Shown piece by piece: positions 40,243 through 62,499 of a stretch of DNA of 64,000 bases. Below the pieces are notes generated by a model, which saw only the letters and a list, made by a program, of their open reading frames with translations, was not told the origin of the DNA and made no database searches. The DNA is taken from contig CAVNZM010000011.1 in the NCBI GenBank assembly GCA_963693365.1, positions 8,483,937-8,547,936 on the forward strand, in the 5' to 3' direction. Every line of letters begins with the position of its first letter. Within the stretch, counting starts at the first letter, position 1. Both the position numbers and the translations under genes were made by a program. The DNA comes from Amoebidium appalachense. Its lineage: Eukaryota; Protista; Ichthyosporea.

Positions 40243-40631
40243 AGGGGGGGGTGAGCGTGGGGAGGGTGGGGAGGGGGGAGGGGGGAAGAGGGGAGAAGGG
40301 GGGGGGGGGGGGGGGGAGGGATGGATGCTCCCGGGGGTTTACTGAGACGGGAACACAATCATCATCCGTGCAGAAGATTCTACTTTGGATGTAATCTTGG
40401 TATCAAAAAGAGGTGAAGTTTTTGTCCCGTACTCACAACCGAGTGAGGGTACCGTGGGGAAGGGAAGGATGGGCCGGGGGGGAAGGGGGGGAGGGGGGGG
40501 GGGGGGGGGTTAGAATTTCGGCGTTGGAAATATGATGTGGATATTTGTTTTTTTATCTAATTCAAGTTTCTTTGTTGTTTTTTTTTCTTTTTCTGTTTTC
40601 TTTTTTCTTTTCTTTTCTTTCTTTTTATTTT

Positions 40632-40748
40632 AAAAAAAAAAGTTCTTTCCGAAAGCTTGTATAATGTTATTCAGTGTGGGCTCGCGCAAAAAAAAAAAAA
40701 GGTTCTTTCCGAAAGTTTGTATAATACTATTCAGTGTGGGCTCGCGCA
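40632..40748. repeat. Tandem duplication, ~60 bp x2, each beginning with an A-run
   Basis: (a)n gttctttccgaaag.ttgtataat..tattcagtgtgggctcgcgca occurs twice. Confidence 0.85.
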
Positions 40749-40821
40749 CACACCCACACATGGTCGCGCACACACGCTTAAAGTTTCACAGCGTCACTCA
40801 CACCTACTAGTGCAAAATGTA

Positions 40822-40867
<46 letters not shown>

Positions 40868-41005
40868 ATGTGTGCACGCGCGTGTGTGCGTGTAAGTGTG
40901 TGTGACGTGTGTGTGTATTTGCGTGTGCGGTTGTGCACGCCCGTGTTTGATCATCTATTCACGTGTGCAAAAACGCAAGGGAAATTTTTCGTGAGCCCTG
41001 AGTGA

Positions 41006-41046
<41 letters not shown>

Positions 41047-41632
41047 GGCAAGAATCTGTGCTGTTCGTGTATGAGTAAGGGTGACCGCTATGTATGTATG
41101 TATGGTAAACTTCTCTTCTAATTCTGAGGTCGGTACGCAACCAAAACAAACAAGTCTACAAGCTGGCTTTGCCATGTTGCCATGTCCCTTTTCTTTTATC
41201 GTTTTATAAAAGCTAATACATGGATAGATGATTTTTCTGGTGTGTGCGTTTATCCGTGTGACGTGTATGTGTGCGTCTGTGACATATACATGTACATGTG
41301 CATTTTTTTTTTGTGGGGGGGGGGGGGGGGGGGGGGGGAGGTGGGGGGGAGGGGAGCGGGGGGGGGGGGGGGGGGGGGGGGAGGGGAGGGGAAGGGGGAT
41401 GGGGAGGACGAGAGGAAGGGGTAGGGACTATAGATCGGCGTATGAGGAGGGGGAGGTGGGGAGGGCGGGAGGGGGGACGCTGGCTACACCGTTGCGAAAA
41501 ACACCTCAAAGTTCTGAATTCATGAAAGGAGGCCGACCGCTTACATATACTATTGTTATAATTTATTTCTTGTGCATTAGGTAATTATTGGTATTTATTT
41601 TTATTGCCATTTTATTACATACTATGGGCGCA

Positions 41633-42108
41633 AAAGGTATGTGAAGCAAGCACTTCGAGATCTAGACCATGTTCAGGGTGCCAGCCGTGAGCCAGATCCG
41701 CCACAGCGATTGGCTCGGGACGCACCAAAAGCCCCGATGGGTGACAAATTCACATGCGTGCGGGATGCGATTGGTGAATCAGGGATAGGCATATTTCATC
41801 ACTTTAGACATAAACATCTTTTTGGGCCACAAATAACTCACAACTCTTACTAAATTTTAATATCTACTATGTATATAGCGAAATGCACGCGCGAAAGGTA
41901 TGTGAAGCAAACACTTCGAGATCTAGACCATGTTGAGGGTGCCAGCCGTGAGCCAGATCCGCCACAGCGATTGGCTCGGGACGCACCTAAAGCCTCGATG
42001 GGTGACAAATTCACATGCGTGGTTGCGATTGGTGAATCAGGGATAGGCATATTTCATCACTTTAGACATAAACACTTTTGGGCCACAAATAACTCACAAC
42101 TCTTACTA
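41633..42108. repeat. Direct tandem duplication of ~220 bp (period 261) upstream of the orphan ORF
   Basis: 41633-41852 and 41894-42108 are highly similar; each has two gattgg (inverted CCAAT) motifs. Confidence 0.92.
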
Positions 42109-42410
42109 GATATTAAACTTACATGCTTAATATTTGTTATATTTTTTTTGTTTAGCGGGCCAATAAAAGCACAATTTTCCAGCTTAAACAATCAAGCGCT
42201 GAGGTGATTAGTTACATATCACGCATTGTATCTACCGCATATCGATTGGTGTTCACCTTTCGCCAATCAGATCACTGAAACCAACCCGAGAACCACATCC
42301 CGGGAGAATTTAAACGGCATCCTCTTCCGCACACACTCAGTTCGTCAAACAAACGCAAAACAAATACACGCCCTTTTCTCCTCCTTCAAACCACCAAAAC
42401 CCCCTTCAAA

Positions 42411-42809
42411 ATGGCACCCAAGACCGGTCTTCCCCCAGGCTGCATCGCCATGCCGCTCTACGAAGACGACCCGCGCGCCAACCAATACACACAGACAGGC
42501 GCCTACGGCCCCTTCCGCAACCTCAACAAACACGTGGCGTGCATGGGGTCAGAGAGTAGAACCCCCACCGTTTTGCGCAACGATCCCAATTTGCACGTCA
42601 TTGGCACGCTGGTAATGGACGGGGTGGAGAACAGGATGACGGAAATTCGGGGGGTCGACCAGGTGTGGTACGACGCTCTGCATGACTCCATTTGGATTCG
42701 CTCTACCGCGGGATATGTTTATCAACTTCTCGAGCCCCATTCCGAGAACGTGGCATGTTTTGAGAGTGTTCGTGCAGCTGCGAGAGAGCAGGTTGCAAAC
42801 TTGAAGTAA
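42411..42809 (+). CDS. Intronless hypothetical protein, 132 aa
   Basis: ATG in caaaATGg context, complex protein-like composition, CCAAT upstream, AT-rich 3' flank. Family not recognised. Confidence 0.65.
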   Translation: MAPKTGLPPGCIAMPLYEDDPRANQYTQTGAYGPFRNLNKHVACMGSESRTPTVLRNDPNLHVIGTLVMDGVENRMTEIRGVDQVWYDALHDSIWIRSTAGYVYQLLEPHSENVACFESVRAAAREQVANLK

Positions 42810-43341
42810 AAAGCGAATGAAAGTACGTAATTTGAATTTTTTTTTTAAACTATTTCTGGTCTTGTAACTTCCATGCCTATGGAACCGGTGTCACTGATCG
42901 ATTGGTTGCAATTGGTATGTTTACGTTTCTTCGTTAGTGCCTGCGCGTATCCAGGCAAAAACATGGCTTCACGTTTTATTTTTTAGTAAGATGGCCTAGT
43001 AGCCACAACCTTTTCCGAACGTATGTTTTGATAACATCATGGGATGAAATAAACGTTGCCAAAAGAACTGAATGAAACATGCACAAACACCTTGCCGTCC
43101 GGATCCGGAGGCCTACTACTTTGCAAAACATTGAATGCATGAATACTCCAGATTTTTGCTCGGTGATAGACCTCCTCAACCGAAAAGAATAACTTGAGGC
43201 TCCTCCATTTACCAAATGGCACGTCCTTTCACTCCAGCACAGCGTACGTTCGAACGTGTGTAGAGGAAACACTCAGACATATAGATGCTTGTAACACTGC
43301 TCCTCAATCTTACACCTGGATATTCCAGTTTCGCACGCGCG

Positions 43342-43411
<70 letters not shown>

Positions 43412-43559
43412 CGCACACGCACATACACACGCACACTGTGACACACACGCACACGCAAACACACTATCATCTGTTGTTTGCTTTTTCGGTTCTATTTATA
43501 AGTTTAAGGGGGCTGGGGGGAGGGGGGGGGGGGGGGGGGGGGGGGGGGAGGGGGGGGGA

Positions 43560-43603
<44 letters not shown>

Positions 43604-43882
43604 TCGTTGGTGAGATATTGCTACCTCTCAAAGAGCAGGCAGTATGATTGAAATTATAAGGCCTAGAGCAAGCAACACCAGATTAATCTGGTTTCAAAGT
43701 TTGCATCAATCGGAATAATGATAGTTATTAGTAAACTGTGGACACTTCTCGTTAGTTATTCCCAGAGTGAGTTGTAAAAGACCAAAAAAAGATTGTAGTT
43801 GGTTGAGAACATATAGTAAGAAACTGTGAAAAATTGAAAAAAGACTTGTCCGAGTGGAATAAGTGGTGGTGGGCCCCCGGAG

Positions 43883-43931
<49 letters not shown>

Positions 43932-44599
43932 TTTCCCCCCCCCCCCCCCCCCTCTCCGCCTTGCAAGGGGGGGCAGGGGTGTTGGTTTATCGGCTCGCAG
44001 ACCGAGAACAATTATTGACGAAAAACAGAAGTACCGTGCGGGTGTGGTACTCCACGCATGGGAACGCATTGGTATACATGTGAATTTGTTCTGGTCAATA
44101 AATTTTAAGTTTAACTTTATAAACATTGGGGACCCAGCGTATACATGTACATTTAGCTTCCCCTTACGTATGTATTCGTACACCTTGGAAGTTGGAACAT
44201 GCCACACGGTGTATGAATACGTAAAGAAGAATTTATTTTCAAACGGGAGTGTTTTATTAGTACTAATAAAAAATTAACAAATCACCTTATAAGGTGTTTC
44301 GGCAGTGTTTTCAAGTTCTTATGGGTGTATGGGGGAATCTAGCTGTCTCGGTGCCAAAATTATCGTGCTGGACCGAAGCAGTGGTATGATAAGTGAATGT
44401 ATCATTTGGCAAACATAAGGTGTATGAATGCACATGCGTAAGTGACCCCAGTATACGTATTTGGGAAAAGGGAACCGGGTGTTATGATCAAGGGATACAC
44501 GGTGTGTGTCCTCCAATCAAGATATGCACGTACACAATGCCATGGGCAAATGTGTGGCACTGCCCAACTTGAACAGGCTTATGTGTACGTGTACATGTC

Positions 44600-45175
44600 C
44601 GCACGTGTGTGTCCTTGTAGATGTTGTCAAGTGATGCGCACGTGTGTGTGTCCTATTTGATGTTTTCATGTGATGCGCACGTGTGTGTGTCCTTGTAGAT
44701 GTTTTCATGTGACGCGCACGTGTGTGTGTCCTTGTAGATGTTTTCATGTGCACGTGTGTGTGTCCTTGTAGATGTTTTCATGTGATGCGCACGTGTGTGT
44801 GTCCTTGTAGATGTCTTCATGTGCACGTGTGTGTGTCCTTGTAGATGTTTTCATGTGATGCGCACGTGTGTGTGTCCTTGTAGATGTTTTCATGTGATGC
44901 GCACGTGTGTGTGTCATTGTAGATGTTTTCATGTGATGCGCACGTGTGTGTGTCCTTGTAGATGTTTTCATGTGATGCGGACGTGTGTGTGTCCTTGTAG
45001 ATGTTTTCATGTGATGCGCACGTGTGTGTGTCCTTGTAGATGTTTTCATGTGCACGTGTGTGTGTCCTTGTAGATGTTTTCATGTGATGTGCACGTGTGT
45101 GTGTCCTTGTAGATGTTTTCATGTGCACGTGTGTGTGTCCTTGTAAATGTTGTCAAGTGATGCGCACGTGTGTGT
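44600..45175. repeat. Minisatellite with 39 bp and 34 bp unit variants, about 15 copies
   Basis: gcacgtgtgtgtgtccttgtagatgttttcatgt(gatgc) repeated head-to-tail with no spacers. Confidence 0.95.
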
Positions 45176-45417
45176 ACCCTAGCAGGGAATACTAGGCTAC
45201 GGTGTGGGAACATGTACCACCCAACACGTTTTTTCATCTGATCCCGCTTCCGCTTATTGGAAAAGGACGCGAGGCAGATAGCCAATAGAATTACAGCACG
45301 GGGTTGTATGCTCTTTTATCCGGATATCCACCATGTCATGTGCACACATGCCCACCCCGTACCCCCCAAAAACTTACACACACACAACTTGAATAAGTAA
45401 AAAAAGAACACCCACGT

Positions 45418-45490
<73 letters not shown>

Positions 45491-45509
45491 TACACACAGA
45501 AAAAACTCA

Positions 45510-45549
<40 letters not shown>

Positions 45550-45553
45550 CACA

Positions 45554-45593
<40 letters not shown>

Positions 45594-46253
45594 CACAGGC
45601 ATGCCCGCCCGCCCCCCATCTCCTCGCATACCTCCATACACACACCCCAACAATGAAAGTTTTCGAAGAAAAAAAAACAACGGGGTACCATTTATGAGTA
45701 GTGACATTCATTCAGTTACTTACAGGACAATTGTCACAGACACGCCAAGACTTTACATGCAGTGCCAACCCCCCCCCCCCCCCCCCCCCCCCCCCAAAAA
45801 AAGAAAAGAAAATAAAAATGAAAATAAAAATGAAAATAAAAAGTGCAATGATAAGATAAATAATTTAAGTCTACTAATGACGACTTATCTGAGTCACAGT
45901 TTCAAAAGGTGTTTAATGCCATGCAAGCACGTGCATGTTTCACCCAAATCAGTTTCTCAAAATATAGTCACGTGTTATCAACAATTATTTTAAACAACTG
46001 TCACTCAGAGAGAGAGAAAGAGATGGGTAAACATGCGGATTTGAGGAATCTAACAGGCACCAAGTCCGTTGTTCCACTCTTAAGCTTCCCCGATTGGTTG
46101 CCTTGGCCGAATAAGCTCAATAGCCAAACTTAATAATCAACAACAAAATTAGATCAATCAATCACAAGCCATCACACACATACATACATGCAACACTTTC
46201 ATACTATCATCAATGATTCGTAACACAAGGCTGGTGTGAACCGCCCAATCAAA

Positions 46254-54463
<8,210 letters not shown>

Positions 54464-57011
54464 GACTGAAACAAAAGGGCGAAAAACCACTTGAAACGAA
54501 CTATAATATATCCGATTTCGAATGCTTATATGGAGCCCAAGAAGAAGAAAAAAACCCCGAAGTACAAAAACTTTCTTTGGTGTACGTATACTTCAGAGGC
54601 AAAGCTCAGGCCGAGCTTGCTTGGCCTGGGGACAAACGAACGGCACGAACTCGAGTCAGTGGAGTGACTTACGTAAGGCTAGGAGGATCTAAGATAAAAA
54701 AAAGCAACGTAGCAATGTGCGAGACGTCAAAGGGATTGGCTGGAAAGCGGGATCTAGATCACGTTTTATATTCTCCCAATCACTGTGCAGGGATCACCGG
54801 AGGAATTTGCGTGGGAGATGAAGATGGTGCTTGGGTTCGTGTACATCCGATGCAACTGGTGCGTGCGTAAATTGACTCGATCGCGAAGGGCTTCAAGCGG
54901 GTTTGCATAAGGCGACCATAAATGCACATGTTCAAATACTTTCGGATGGTCGAAAATATTTTACTCTGTCACTATAATTAAATATTCATAAATAAAGAAA
55001 AAAGATTTAATAATCAATGGTTTGCACACGTGACGGCATTTACGAATAAGATGCACTTCATGACCAAAAACGTACATTTCGGAGACATCAGCACATGTAC
55101 ATCATGATGGGAGTCGCTATATTTGGAAGAGACGGAAACAAGAAGCCACTGTTAATATTCCCGCGTGCCCAAGCATATTGACACGAGGAACATCAATCGC
55201 TGGAGTTCGAATTCGTCCTGAAACTTTTGGTTTGATGTCATGATGCTCTTGCTTGTTTTTTAGATCTGTGCATCTTCGGAGGAGCGAGGAGCCGAATCCC
55301 ATGCACGAATCGGCCCCAGTTTTCATGCCCGATGTCACCTAACAGATCTTTCTGGCGAAAGATGCCTTTCGAATCTTTTTTTGACTTCTGGTTTTCACCA
55401 TGGCATATATTCATATTACTTTCGCACACATTTCTTGTGCACATCGGTGGCATCATCCAATGAAAGGATGATATCAATACGTGGCCGGCTCGTTGCACAA
55501 CTTCCGAATGATTCGGATATGCCGATGGGAATTTCTATATATGGTAGCACCAGCTCCGTATTGTATACAAGGGGTAACGGGCCTTGTTTTTTTTTCTCAT
55601 TAGCTTTATCAAAAAAGCCCCAAAAACCTCAAAACAAACGCGGAAAGAAAAAAAGGCTCAACTTTATGACCTATATTAGTCGGTTATCAGACTTACTTTT
55701 TTTTGTCCCAGCCGCCCAGTTCTCCGGCCACATGCATTTTATAAAATTTTGCTTTCCCGGTACTTGATCGAGACTTTTCTTTTCTTTTTCCTTCCCCCCC
55801 CCCCCACCCCCACACACACACACCCATTTTTGGTTCTTTTTTTCCTTTATAAAAATGGCACGAACCTGTTTCCAAATTGTCCTTTTTTCCAATTATTTGT
55901 TAACGTTATTTATTTATTTCATGTTTCTCGTTTTGCCAAAGCGCACGTGCGCATAACCGTATACAAAATAAACCGAAAACATACAAAATTTCTGCACCAA
56001 ATGAGGACAAACACAAAAGCGTCTTCGTCCAAGTAAAAATTATCATTTGACCCTATTATAAGCCTTACTTTAAGAAAGCCATCTATCTATTTATAATTCT
56101 CACAAAGGCCAAAGCGAGACAATACATTGTTTCTCTTTCTATATATACACAAAATAGGAAAAGCAAATAAACACATTGCTCAAGCCTTGTTCGTTTCCAT
56201 GGCGATGCGCAGAAGGATTCATACATTGGCCCCGTGTTCGTGCACGTTGATGGCCCTTTCTTTCGCGTAAACATTGTTGCAATGCTCTCTCCCTTCCGAG
56301 ATTCCGTGTCTCAATTTTCTTGAGTGATGATGAAAACCCCTCTCAGGTGAAGTTCTTGTTGTGATGAGTGTTCGGAAACGAGAGAAACACCGATTTTTTA
56401 GCTGGAATTTGAAGAAGCTTTGCGCGTAAACTGGCGTGTGACTGGACGGAACGCCGAGGGACCAGACCCCAAACAAATCGTGGGTGGGTTGGCGTTCACC
56501 TGGAGGAAAATTTCAAAGTTAAAAAATTAGCAACCAATCAAAACGCAAAAGAGGGTGCAGGAAAATGGAGTGGAAGATTTGGGGGGGGGGGGGGGGGGGG
56601 GGGGGGGGAGGGGGGGGGGGGGACATACACGTCCGAGAGCAGCCATTATTTCCGTTTCACACTTGTGTCAGGAATTACATCTTTGCAGGACGTCATCAAG
56701 GTTGCGCATACAGGCAAAGTATTTGTGTTTCATAAACAAAGTGCAGGGCGCTGATAGGGAGGCGCCAGGACAGAAGTGCATAGAACTTGAAGGGAAACAA
56801 GACAAACGAGGGGGAGGGGGGGGGGGGGGGGGAAGGGGGGGGAGGGGGGGGGGGGGGGGGGGGAGCAGAGACATTGGAGACGAGAGGAGAGAGACAGGCA
56901 TGGAATCGGGCTAAAAAGGTGGGGAGGGAGAAGACGGCTACTCCCCCGGGGAAGGGGGGGGGAGGGGACGAGGGAAGGAGGAGGGGGTTGCAAGAGGAGG
57001 GGAGGAGGGAA

Positions 57012-57048
<37 letters not shown>

Positions 57049-58041
57049 AAGGGAGGAGGAGGGGTTGCGAGAGGAGGGGAGGAGGGAGGGGGGGACGTGG
57101 GGGGATGGGATTCATACATTCTTGGTGCCAAAGTCAATCTCTGCAGCTGGGACCGAACTGACAGGCAGGCACGTGGGCGTGACCACCCGCACGTGACGAA
57201 GGAAATAGTGCGGAGGTGGCTGGGGGGAGGGAAGGAGTGTCGGAGGGGCAGGGAGTGTCCCCGTGCTGCTTGATGCTACACCTTCTTGGAACATCTTCAC
57301 AACGTCTGGTCCGATAACCTGAAAGGAGAAAGAGTGCAAGTTTTTGGTTAAGATCACGCAATGTTTGTTTGTGCAAAGAGGTGTGTGTATTAAAATCTTT
57401 CCAAGTACTTCTCAGCGTTCAGCTCCGTATGTGTCATGCTCCCTTATTTCGGTGTTTTCATATTGGTGAACTGTGCAAGGCACCCCAACCATGCCTCCAA
57501 TCATCACACACGTGCAACTTCACCTAAACCCGTGCGGAAACGAAAACACAGAAGAAACGATGCAAAATAGGGGCTGCTCGATGGACGCATGGCGTGCGCA
57601 AAAGGTAATAGCAAGCCGAGCACAGTTGCTAAACTCCAACCTAATTATCGGAATGAAGCGCATGGGAGGAAGGGGGGGGGGGGGGGGGGGGGGGGGGGGG
57701 TAGTACACACCCGTGCACTCGAGGGGGGAGGCGTGGTCTCTCTCCGTGAATGTATGGCCCTCAACTCGTCCTCAAGAAGAGCCTCCGCAGACTCCGTCAG
57801 ATGCTCTTGTGCACGTGCGTGTGTGTGCTGCTGTCTGCTTGCTGTCTGCCTTTGGTTGCCGCTTGGCGTGCACCTTCTCTTGCGGAAACCAGCACGCGAC
57901 TGTTCACGTGGCACAACATTTCCATTAGCAGTCATTCCTGGTCTCAGATCTTCACTACACCATTTTGAGTTTTCCACACATCACAGCTGCTACTTGTGCT
58001 CCCGGCATGAACATTCACTCGAATTTTATCCTTAGATACCT

Positions 58042-58111
58042 GTGTTTTTAGCAAACATTCATATCAACATCGTGCCGTGTTTTTAGCAAACATTCATATC
58101 AACATCGTGCC
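58042..58111. repeat. 35-bp tandem duplication
   Basis: gtgtttttagcaaacattcatatcaacatcgtgcc x2. Confidence 0.9.
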
Positions 58112-61100
58112 AAGTGTTTCGTTTCTCGAGCTTTCTTAACACAGTAACAGTGCATTCAGATGCTTGTGTCAATAGAACATCTTTCTATACCCTTCCGTGC
58201 AGCATCTTCGTCTCAAACATGACGTGCACAGGCCACGTGGCAAGCACCTACCTTCCTTATGTGGAAATATCTTGTGCATCCCCTCCTCCGCACGAGCAAT
58301 TCTGTGCGTCTGCTAGCACGTGCTTGTGTTGACCACTGGCGGAGGTGGATTGGTGCCCGGCTTAGCAGCAGCCGCTTCATCCTTAAACTAGGAGCAAAAC
58401 TGCAAGAAAACAGAAAGAATTAGATGCGAAAAAACATGGAAAATGCGGGGGAGTTCAGGTGTGCAAAGCAGTCGAGTGAGCATGTGTACGAGGTATGTGA
58501 GAGAGCAGGAAATGGAATGACATTTCCACCCATACCATCTTTCTCGGCCAGAACAAAAAGAACATAACATTGAAAAAAGGCACCTAAAACAGATGTTCTA
58601 CAGGGTTGCTAGTGGTGCTTTGGCTGTGCATTTAACGTAAGAAGTAAACTATAGAATAGTAGAGGCGACTGTTTGGGTGCTCATTAGCAGGTGTGTGTGT
58701 GCGTGTCTGCTAGCAGGAGAAGGATGAGGCAGGGCAGGTGGGGGAGGGGGGGGGGGGCAAGAGGGGGGAAGGACAAAACCAATGCATGGCCTACATAGCC
58801 TAGGCAGTCATAAGGGCTTTCGGTGTTTATAACGCACTCTTTATACCTCGCACTAGCGAGGAAACCGGTAGTGGAACTTCAAACTCCATGGCAGTAACCA
58901 AAAAAAAAACTAAACGTGCATGTTCGCCTCTTCCGTTCGTGTACGCTGTTCCATTTGTAAAAAAAACAAGAAATTGCTTCGGTAGGCATTTTTTTAAACA
59001 AGTAAACAGCACAATAAGATGCAGTCCATGCTGCTTGGAAGAATATATGAGCATATATTGGCTGCATATTTTTAATGACAGCGCCCTTACATGTTGTGGA
59101 CCTGTCACAAATAAACCAAAAAAGCGGTGTAGCCAAGCAAACGCTTGTACGATCACGTGTGCACATGGCAGGGGCAGCCTGATATATTGTACAAGTGAAT
59201 TTGCCTTTTTTATACACGGCTACACGTGTTAATGGCCTCTGTGTACCTCTTCCAGTATGCAGAAGAGGTACATCAGCTGTCATTCGACGGAAAAAATGCA
59301 TCGCAATCAAAACTTCCACGCATACTGTTCCGCTAAACAGCCTTCCGCGCACCACCACCTCCACAATCACTGTGCCCATCACCAATTACCCACCTGTGTC
59401 GCGGTGCCTTTATTGGCGCAAATATACTAAAAGCTCCCTATTTGTTTCCGCTCGCTTATCCAAAGACGTTCGTTTGTCTTTCCCCTTGTTTTTCCCTGCG
59501 TTTTTTCCGCCTATTTTTGCGTGTGTGTTCGTCGATTCGAGAAGCGCACAAAACGGGCACACAAAAATCTCGAGCTCGCACGCACACGTTTATGTGGGTG
59601 GGTTTCGAGACAAAGCACTTCCTTTTTATATGAACTGGTGGGAGCAGTCCCATCTAACGTGACTTATAACCAATCAAATGTGCGTTTAGTGTAGTACACC
59701 AATCAAAATCCTTCTTGGAGTTGACCAAAGCCACCAAACATGGGCCACCATGTGTTGGCGCAGCTTTGGAGGGAAAGTGAGGTGAAGACTAAACAAAACG
59801 AAACAGCAGCAGTATGTGTAACAAGAAGATATATATGTATATATACTATTTTGAGGTTTTATTTATAACTTATAAAGGATTTAGAGGGCTGCAGTGATTT
59901 TTTTGTGTGCGGCGTACATGCAGGATCCGTGTGGTGTGGTGGTGTGACTGAAGCACACGCGGTTAAGAATCCCTACCCTCTGAACCAATGATATGGATGT
60001 AATGATTACCATACATGGATAGCCTAGCTGAGCCCTGATCCCAGAATGTATAACCGTCACTCCTGAGCGGGTCTCAGTTGTCAGTTGAGATCAGTTGGAC
60101 ACAGGCACACATGAGGTCTTGCATTAAAGATGGGTCACAGGTTGAGACATAACCCGAGACTCTATTAAGAGCACATAGCACACAGACCACCACAGAGAAC
60201 CCACCGAGGACCACATACGCCCATAACAACATATAACAATCCGGGCATTATCAGTGGTTGATGGAATGTCCGACAGTCGATCTTTGAGCGAGAGAAAAAT
60301 GTCGAATGTCAACATTTCACATGGCTCGAGGCGACCACATTAGTGACAACACTGTATTATGACTTAACGATATGTACAGTTACTGTAAGTTTGATTTTAT
60401 ATATTGAACAAAATAAGAATATCTCTGTCTTGTATTCTTTCTTCTTTCTAGTATGACACCGGCTTGAGTCACCTGTAAAACCCTTTCCGACGAGCTCTCA
60501 TATATCTGCCACACTTGAATTTTGAAGAAAGAAAAAGGTAGAGAAAAGTGTGGTATACCTTATTCCTACTTCTTTTATTGTTTTACATCCTGCCAAAAAA
60601 AAAAATGAACATATATCAGTGAAGATATGGTATATACACGTTGATCACACGATCAGCCTGAGAGGTGGGCCACCTTGTCATGAGTGCCGGAGCATAACGG
60701 GAACGTGCAGGTAACGTGCACGGGTATATACTTCCAAAGAAAGCCTTCGAGCACGTACTTCTATACACACCCGTACGCCCAAACAAAAAGACACATATGT
60801 AATCAATTTATTGTCTAATAAATATCCTATAAGTATAAAACCGTTTAAAAACACGTAGAATACAAAAACACGTGTGCTTCAAATCGTCCCAGTTCCCACT
60901 GGTGTCGACGTCGTGGGTTCGTGAGAAAGTCGATCAACACGTGGCAAAATTCAGACCTAAGAAAAAATCCAAATTCAAAAACCACCCCAAAAAAAACGCG
61001 AGAACAAAAGACAAAAGAGTGATTATGAGACGATAACACATACACGGGAGCCCACCGTGAGAACTAATATGTACAATAGCAGAGCCTGCAGACATTTTTT

Positions 61101-62029
61101 TTTGCTGGCGTAAACAGCGTGCGCACGCTTTCCCCCCTAAGTAATCTTAGGCTATGTACGGGACTCCTTACTCCACGGCCATCTAGAAACACCATCTCGT
61201 TTTTCGGAACGCGAGCGGATTGAAAATATTTTTTTTATTTTCTTTTGACTGGATTTATTCGACGGACAGATATGCAAGTATGCACGGCATACTGAGAAGA
61301 CAATACAAACTTCACGAGTTATCCAGTAACAAGTGCATACTGAGATACCTGAACACTGTGTGAAAATCATATAAATACTAAATGTGACGACCAACAGAAT
61401 TCAACAAAGAGTCTAAAGTGTTCACATTGCCAGCCAGTGTAGCAGACACCCGTAGGGAAAGAGGTAAAACGCGACATAAAAACTCACACCTATCAACATG
61501 CTTTCGATTAAAAAGTTCAGCACAAATTTAAAAGTGGCACCAGCGGCGATGGAAACAAGAATTACAACGCCACTGCACAACTTCCCAGGCAATATCAACA
61601 GCAGAGCACCATACAGACTTTCCTACTAGGGTGGTATCCATACGTACACCAGGAGAAATGTATCCTGCCAAAGCTCCCAAAAAGCGATAATGATCAGTAC
61701 CGTGTTGCCTAAGGAACACAACACATGCTGACTGAGTTTTACCTTTGATTTCTCTATCAGAACGAGAAAGAAACTGATACTGCGTATGGTAATAACTCGA
61801 AAAGGCAGAAAAAACAGGAAGAGAAAAGAAAGAGGGAGTGAGATGGCGAGAGGAAGGATCAGGTTGAAAGATGGTAGGCTGAGGACATTCAGAAGTGGCG
61901 TGGGGGAAGACTGGGAGGGAGGGAGGGGGGGGGGGGGGGGGGGGGGGGAAGAAAGCATAAAGAGGGTGACCATCACGTATCCTAACTAAATGAAAACAAA
62001 AACGAAGAGACAATTCCTCCATACGACAA

Positions 62030-62312
62030 ACAGCAGACGATAATCCAAACATACTGATTAAGGGAGGCACAAACCGAGTACGAAACAAAGTGCGCAGCGC
62101 AGTACTGAAAATCGTCGAACTCTTTCAGCGCCTCGGCCGCCTCGCGAGGTGGGGCGCAGGCCAATAGGGCAAGTCCATATTCGAAAGTCGGTCGTTAAAA
62201 AGTTTTATAGTAAAGAAGAAGGTTCGCAGGATGGATCACAGACTCCCGTTGAAACATATTTGACACGATGTGAAGCGTACCCTTCGCACGAGCGATCCGT
62301 GCCGTGAGGAGC
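62030..62312 (-). pseudogene. Non-LTR retrotransposon ORF2 fragment (post-RT thumb region)
   Basis: Minus strand reads RIARAKGTL..LLLYYKTF*RPTFEYGLALL..LKEFDDFQ, matching the LINE YKxxIRPxLEYG motif; stop at 62195-62197. Confidence 0.7.
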
Positions 62313-62499
62313 TTTTTTTTTATATAATGACTTTATTGATATGCTCATGAAAGAGAAGCAAGCCGGAGATGAAAATATAAAACAATAAAAGAAGTAGGAA
62401 TACTAGCTGCATTTGATTGGCTGCGCTGGAAAACTCAGTAGGCCGTCAAGTGAGGCTGGGTTCCTGACGATGTCCGCAGCAATACAAAGTGCATAAGCC

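Noticed and set aside
42976-44520. Short ORFs in complex sequence downstream of the orphan gene
   Set aside because: No recognisable motifs or consistent exon chain.
44600-45175. CRISPR-like periodic array
   Set aside because: Head-to-tail units with no unique spacers, no cas genes, and a eukaryotic context.
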